DNA of 61,061 bases, the filler included, from Platydemus manokwari (taxonomy: Eukaryota): the NCBI GenBank assembly GCA_037951405.1. It is 5 parts of 5 records of this genome, joined end to end, with 100 filler letters (N's around TTAATTAATTAA, not from the genome) between each part and the next. Parts side by side here need not be neighbours in the genome. Positions count along the whole stretch, not along the records: positions 48,143 to 61,061 come from JBBMOY011906941.1; 4 more parts are not named here. One strand, 5' to 3'. Both the position numbers and the translations under genes were made by a program. Below the pieces are notes generated by a model, which did not search any database, was not told where the DNA came from, and worked only from the letters and a program-made list of their open reading frames with translations. This document shows, piece after piece, positions 53,520 through 61,061 of this stretch (the first letter of the stretch is position 1; each line of letters opens with the position of its first letter).

Positions 53520-56500
53520 GTAAGTTTATTTAGAATATTCTGGAGATACACGGAAATAAAATTCAATTTAAAGCGTGTTAACTTCTTGGTTATTGTGAGA
53601 ATTTTAAAATTGTATTAAATTTTTGACGATTTAATTTTATATAGAATTATATTAATAATCGATTAAAAAATATTATTGATTTGAATACATAATTTGTTGT
53701 AGTGACTTCTCAGTTCATTTTCGATGCGTGATTTATAAAATAGTAGCGACTTACAGGTATCACATGAATTTTATAAATATCTCTTTAACTTTTTAAAATC
53801 GTAGTCATTATTTTAGAGAATTTTAGATTCTTCAAATTAAAATTTTTCATTGTTAATTTATTGATTTTCCGATTGTTTTGCATTGAAGTTCCTATTTAAT
53901 TTTTGTATCCCCAATTTTTTTTTCTTTTTTACAACATTATATTGTTTTCTGTTCCTTTTTGGAAATGAAAATGTTTATAAACTTAACTATGTCTCTATTT
54001 TTTTGCAATTATAACACTACACTACCACGTCTCACAGTAACACAAAATACCTATTCAAGTTACTCTGTTTACCCAATTTGATTGTCAAAAATCGAATACA
54101 ATCACATATTCCAAATTAGTCACCATGGAACAGAAAATATTTTATAAACCATGGTTTCAATATTAATAAATTTTCATGAATAACTTCAGTTATTTTATTT
54201 ATTTTACTAGATTTTTAATCATCCAATCGTTACTCGGTTCTACCCTTCTCATTCTTATCTATATGATTAACACTGAGCTAGTATGCAATGATATACTTTC
54301 AATAAAACAGATATCACGAGAAATCAGATTTCACAAAATAGCGACAATACAATAGTTATTTAAAATATAATCTGATTGCCTGTGTTGTGACAACATCTGG
54401 CTTAGCTAAAATATTATACCTAAGTTTTATAAAGTATTAAGAATCGATATAAAATAACTCGTAATGGTTAAAAGTTAATTACAGTTCTAACTTTGTGTTA
54501 TCTATGTAATAGCTACTATTCTGGTATTTGTATATTTTATCATGCTTTTCGTGTCCTAATGTATCGAATTTTGTGTATTTTTTCATGCTGTCATGCTTAA
54601 ATATTATTTTCTCGTGCTTTCTCTCGGAATTTATCGGTTTTTGACCCTCTACTAATTATGACAGTTCATTCATTTCATTTTTGGAATTTTCAGCTGGTGA
54701 TATTGAGTTTTTTCTTATATTATCGATTTGATTATACTGATTTTTTTATAACGATAACTTCTGTAACGTTCAGTTGCGAGATGTATTTATTGATTTTTAA
54801 GATTGCATTAACGATTTTTATTAAAGAGTTCCATTTACACTTTATATTAACTTCTGCTTGCCTATGCCCCCAGCTTATATAAACTTTTTGAATTGATTTT
54901 CATCGATGGGCTTTCTAGACTTATTATAATTCACGTTTTTCAAGTCTATCAGAACATTTCTAGAATGATAAACTTATATTTTATTTTTCCGAGTTTACTA
55001 TTTTTTCAAGATGTTACTTTGTATCATCGTAGAATTATTTTCAATTAAAAAAACAAGTTTTTCAATAAGAAATGTTTTGTCAAGAATCTTAAATAAGCAA
55101 TCAAGAGTTGCAAAATATTATTTTTCTCGCACACTAGTGAGAAATGTTTATTTTAATAGCGCTGAGTCTTATGCTTGGTTTTTATTATTAAATAGGCTAT
55201 AATGGGGAAATTAATGAATTTTGATTGTCCTTTAAATAAATTAGTTTTTTAGCTATTATTTTCGTACTAATTTCATTATATAAAGTTAGCCTCTTGGAAT
55301 TGAGCATAAGAATATCATTATTATCATTGAAAACTCTAATCGTTACTGGGAATATATGAGAGAAAATTGAAAGTATAAAGGTTTCTTCAGTTGAAAGAAA
55401 AGATTAACACATTTTGGTTTGGATCGAAACTAAATATCATATATAAAGTATCTGAAATTTGCAAGATATATGATCACGTGTGTTTGGAGAGAAGGCTTTG
55501 TGTATTTCTGAAGTGCCTCTATAACCAATATTTAAGTTCATTCCAGGGGAAATTGTTCGGTAAACATTGAAAATTTTATTATTGGTATTTGCATCTTTTT
55601 CGAAGTAGAAATCATGACAAGATGCGTTAGTGGCAGACTGCTATATATTTATTGAAAAAGAAGAAGTGAGCATTCATAACCCAATCCAAAATGCGTAGTC
55701 GCCACGTCAGGCACTACAGTTGTATGAAACACTAGTGATATAAACGAATTAATATAATTTTATATATAATCTGAATTGAATCTTTAAAAGTTTAATTTAA
55801 TTAAAATTTCTAACATAGATCTCAAGAATCGTCATACAATAATTTTGTTTTAATATTTAGGTATTTTAAAAATCACTTTTCATTAAAATCTCCATATTTA
55901 ATTCATCTGAGTTTAACTTCTTATATCAACTTTAATAAACATTACTGTTAGCTTGAATAAACTAAAATTTAGAAACTCAACATACATCCTATACATATTT
56001 ACTTCGATTATAATTATTGATTATTTACATATACGATATGGTATTGTAATTTCTAGTAAATTAATTTGTAAAAGCAAACGACAGCTTTGTTACGGAGATG
56101 AGGATGATCACTTTTTCACGCCATGACTTTCTCACTACTTAGAGCTGAAGTGTGAAGCAGTTTTTTCGAAAAGTCTGGGTTGAAGTCGAATCATTTTTTA
56201 CATAATTAGCAGCTCTGGTTTTAAAGTGTTTAATGGAGTTAAGATTTACTTCTGTATTATATTATTGCCATTGGTAACAGAATTATCGAGATACTTCAGT
56301 TAAAATTACAAAATAAATTAACAAGTAGAAGTTATGAATCAGAAAATATTATGATAAAAATCTTATTATAAGAGTTAACCAAAGTAAATTCATACAAATA
56401 TAAAACGTTTGGATTAAATAATGTATTTTAGTAAAAAAAATTTTAAAAAAATAATGGATTGGATTTAATAAAATTATTTAAAATACATCTTATGAGAATT

Positions 56501-58239
56501 TTTAATTGAAAATTTTTTTTTTAAGATTTAATTCTGGTTTTATATAAATTTTAAAAATTTATTCATATAATTATATTTGAACATATAATTTGGAGTCGTG
56601 ACTTCAGATAGTTTTCAATTCGTGTTTTATAAAATATTAGGGGCTTACACATCTATCAATGAGTCTTATTATTTTTCAATAATTCTGATGAGTCGGGAAT
56701 TAATATATGAGATAATTCGATGTATTGCTTCGCTATTTTTCTCTTTAATAGTAACTTATGTTTTATGATAATCTGTTGTCATAAATTTTAATCTGAATAT
56801 CTTTACTCTACTCATCACGTACCCAGTAGATTGATGAAAACATTTTAAGTTCAACAGTTGAAGGATTTACTAGATTGTATTTTCCAATGTCAATATTGAA
56901 TTTAAATTTCAATATATCTCTACATAACTATGGTTTCGGTTTCATAGTTGATTAATCTCTTAAAGAATCGAAACAATCTATAATGTCTCCATATTGTTAA
57001 TCTTCTCTTTTGTGGTTGCCACATTTCTATATATTACTATTATTATGACAATATAGTAACTATTAGTAATAGGAGTCAGTGTTAACTTGTCGTCATTGAA
57101 TCTAATTTATTCTTCTATTCTAATTCCATTATACTGCCTTCATGTTAGAATTTAATAATTTAAATTTTAATATATTAATTCTAGATCGATTTATATTGGA
57201 ATGTAATCAATTCATTTTTATTTCAATGTAATTATAACCACATAATCTATCAATATTAGATTACAGACAGAATAAATCTTCAAGAATTTTTGAAAATGTC
57301 ATGAATTCAATTTCATGAATCTTCAATGATCTTGGGCGGTCAATTTCCAATGGGTTATCACTAGCAAATTTAATAATTACTAACGACGTTTAGACAATCT
57401 TATAATTTTTGTTAAGCAGAAAATACAGAAAAAATACGTAAAATATCAACACTACAATATGATTGAAGAATAACTATAGAAACTATTCATATTTTGGGAA
57501 GGAAACGAGAATCATGTAGCTATGCGAACTGCTACGGGCTCTGAAATGGATTAATTCATTGGTTATGTTACATATTTAGCTTGTAATAATTGTATCCATG
57601 GGATACGGGATTAGTTATCCAAAATTATACGCATTATTATGTTGGCATTAACCGATGGAATTTCTATTTTTATACGCATCATTTATTTTTTAGTGTTATA
57701 ACAGAAATAATTGAAGGTTTGATATGTTTTTGGAAACTGTATGATTTAATATCGAGCATTACTATTTTTATATCAGAATTGATGAAATTAAATGAATTTG
57801 TGGATTATTTAATGATAATAAAATATTAAATGATCCAAAAAAATTAAATTATTTTATATAGAAAACAAATTTTAGTATTATATAATTGGTATTAAATGTT
57901 TTGTTAAATTTAGTAATATTTATTTCGTCATGCTTCAGTTGTTCAAAATTTTATAATCATTGATTCGGATCAAATATGTTTAGAAAATGAGATTGTATCT
58001 TTTCTGGCATTGTGAAATACAATATTTATATCAACCAATTGTGACAATTCACGAGAAATTAAAACTGTTTCAAATAGCGTAAAATATTTGATTATAATTA
58101 TTAATTTTCTTTTATTATTACCATTTTATTATTATATTGTTATAATCTTATTATTGTTACCGATTTTAACATTAATCATAAAACTATTATTATGAGTTTT
58201 CATGCCGAAAATATAAATTAAATTTTCATTTATCAAGAA

Positions 58240-58580
58240 TATACCGTGCGATTCTTAAGTCTCCGTCTCTAAAACTGAAAATAAAAGGATATTTAAAAAG
58301 TTTTATTTTTTCTTTCTTCAGATAACTGTGAACAGGAGTTTGTGAAGTCATACACACTCGTGCAGTTTCACGTTGATTTGTGCTATCATTCTCTTTTACA
58401 AAATTTTCCATCTTTCCAACATAGTGGGTAGGTTTTCGGTTTCCAGTATTGCATTGTTGTCCTAGCTGGTAGTGCACGATTGAAATGTTGAAATTTTTGG
58501 CAGGTTTTGGCACTACTCTGGTACACTATTGCATAGATAACTATAAAAACTCTATCCGCACTCGAAAACTTAACATCATC
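58240..58580 (-). mobile_element. DD37D/maT-like transposase N-terminal (HTH) remnant
   Basis: FSSADRVFIVIYAIVYQSSAKTCQKFQHFNRALPARTTMQYWK, then after a frameshift NFVKENDSTNQRETARVCMTSQTPVHSYLKKEKIKLFKY. Resembles the two N-terminal HTH segments of this family. Confidence 0.55.
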
Positions 58581-60991
58581 AGCTTCGTCCGCTATATTTT
58601 ATTAATACACCTGATTAATAAGAAATAAGAAATAAAATACATTAATCAGTGAATAATAATTAATATCAATGAGTATAAATATGTGAATATAAATTATATT
58701 ATGTTTTGTTGTTTTATTTCAGTTTTAGACTTATGAATCTCACGGAATTTTCAAGTTTACAAAAACCCGTAATAACATACCTTTAAAAGGCAAAACAATT
58801 ACATACCATTATACAGTATGGACAACAGTAGATAATCCAAAACTGCAAAATAAAATATATATGATCATATACTATAGAAAACTAAATTACCCAATTCGTC
58901 TATCTTCGAATAATTCAACTATGGCTCTTCTCCTAGCAGAACAAAATAACTATCTTCATATCACTTTTGACTTAATATTGAATTTATGATTTAGCTCTTT
59001 AAACCTTGACCTAGTACACTAAAATAATATTATTAACAATAATTATCTCATTGATTATCTTTAAATGGTATAAATCTTAAAGTAGAGGCTTGAAATTGTA
59101 CATAGTTTTAAAAAATAGCAAAAGCTATTATATAAATTTAATATTAAGTAATTTTCAAATCGGATTGTTCTCGTACTCACCATAATTCAGTTTTTTCATT
59201 AAATATTTAACTATCTGTGATTGTGGATTTAGAGTTTGTCGCTGAGTATGGAAATCAATTATTTATGGGTTAAAAATCGTTTTATTTCTAACAGTTGTTT
59301 GAGATGAACGATATGTTGATTAAAGATCGAACAGTGAAATTAATAAACCCTGCAAATATAAAATTATAATTTATAATCGTTATGAGAATTATAAAATTTT
59401 TATAAATAATTTGTTGAATATTTTGCCAAAATATACTACTCTGGGGGATTGAGTTTCTTAGATTCGATTGTAAATCGTATTTTATGAAATAATAATCGTT
59501 ATTTAATTATTTTTTATTTAATTATAACGCATTCGACTCGAATAAAAATATTTTTGAAAAAAATACTTAAACAAAATTAACTAAAAGAAAAATGGTTTTA
59601 TCAAATCGTAGACGATATAAGTTGAGTGATATTATTTCCTAGAATTTTTCAAGTGTATGTCAGTATGTATTGAGATTGGTGTTTAGTTTTTGTCGATTTT
59701 GAGTGACAAGAAGCGAGTTCAAATAAATTTATAATGTCAAAACCAGAATTTATATTTGGCCATATTGAGCACTTGGAAATATTTTTCCTTATAATTATTA
59801 AGATTTCTTCGTTAATATTGATTTTTTTGAAGTTTCTACTATATATTTCTGCATTTTTTCATCATCAAAACCATTTCCAACGAATCAGAGGTATTTTCCA
59901 AAATGACCATAAAATCATCAAAATCAAGTGAAAATATTTTTATAAATTCCCAACAATCTAAGTGGATCAATTTTAAAATATCTTCAATAAACTTGTCATT
60001 CAACAAATTGTTTGCTCATACTTGTGCAATTTTAATATTCAGTTCGTTCAGTTCCAATAGATAAATTTGATATTTTGTTCTCTGTCATTCAAATTCTGTG
60101 ACAACTATTTTGGAATTAATGTGTATAATTTTATTAATTAAGTAATTTCTAAGTGAAAATATAGTTCAATAAAATTTTTAGCAATTAGCGAAGCCCTGTA
60201 TATGTTACTCGAATCAGTTATTTCCCAACGAATTAAGTATAAAAAAAGTTCAAAGATTAAACGAAATAACATTGATGATAACAACTAATAAAATAGTAAA
60301 GTGCTAAATTAAATAAGAGATCCTACAATAAAATAACATTTTCAATTTGTTGAGTGTATTGCAAAATTCTATACAGTTTATTTTATTATATTCTTTAAAA
60401 ACATTTTGAATTTTTTATTTGATCACTTATGAAGAATTTTAGTTGTTTGAAATCAAATATTAAATATTCTAGAGGTTCAAAATATTCTAAAATTTGATAA
60501 TTTGATAAACGGATCAAATTAGATCAAATTTCAATTTATTGAAAATTAGCAAGGACCTCATTTTCAATATTTCAAGCAAATTGAGACAGACATTAAATTT
60601 TTACAATTATTTGATAAATTTTTACAAAACAAGTAATACTAGACTATTAAACTCGTCACGAATTTGCTAAGTTTATTTATAATTAAACATACTTAAATTA
60701 ACAAAATCAAAAAAATCTTGTAAGATTGTTGTGATTAGTATAAGAACTTGATTAAAAAACTATGTTTTATCCTTATTCAACATTCTAAAAATTGACATAT
60801 TAATTGATTTATACGAAAAAAATGAAACGTTAAAATTATGTATAAAAATAAACTATAAAATTATCTCATGCGCGAAAATTCATCATTTCAAAAGTAAGTC
60901 AGGACCCCTTTTATTATCTTAAGCCTAATAGAGATAAGAAATTCATAAAATGCAACCTAAAAATGGTTAAAATTTTACAGTTAGATAAATA

Positions 60992-61021
60992 TTAGGTTGT
61001 CCCATATGAAATGTCCGATTT
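60992..61021 (+). mobile_element. Mariner-like terminal inverted repeat at the window end
   Basis: TA|TTAGGTTGTCCCATATGAAATGTCCG resembles TA|TTAGGTTG-type mariner termini; the partner end is not in the window. Confidence 0.5.
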
Positions 61022-61061
61022 TTATATATTGAACTTTAAATCAAAATTTTTTAAAAACTAC

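Noticed and set aside
1-61061. Non-standard genetic code, non-canonical introns, CRISPR or other prokaryotic systems
   Set aside because: All conserved exons translate cleanly in the standard code with GT-AG boundaries. No repeat-spacer arrays or operon-like structure are present.

Overview
This is AT-rich eukaryotic (metazoan) genomic DNA using the standard genetic code and GT-AG introns. It is not one continuous locus. Five pieces (1-14665, 14766-25838, 25939-36844, 36945-48042, 48143-61061) are joined by artificial 100-nt spacers (44 N + TTAATTAATTAA + 44 N), and two further N gaps sit next to (TAA)n microsatellites. All recognisable host genes are partial: three exons of diacylglycerol kinase theta (+), about 15 exons of a neurobeachin-like NBEAL1/2 gene (-), the last exon of a melatonin-receptor-like class A GPCR (-), about 30 exons of the E3 ligase UBR4/p600 (-), and one SLC6 transporter exon (+). 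The rest is introns and intergenic DNA with decayed transposons: two DD37D/maT-like Tc1-mariner remnants, mariner ends, a hAT transposase, a Gypsy pol, a pogo-type MITE and a Penelope-like fragment. The many ~40-60 nt introns and (TAA)n tracts would fit a flatworm such as a planarian, but this is inference only. I found no convincing novel multi-gene system. The best unannotated structure is a complete ~680 bp TRIM-like miniature LTR retroelement (LTR-PBS-PPT-LTR with a near-perfect TSD). Its primer-binding site begins with the same 8 nt as the candidate PBS of the Gypsy remnant in this window. All family comparisons are from recalled motifs; no searches were run.
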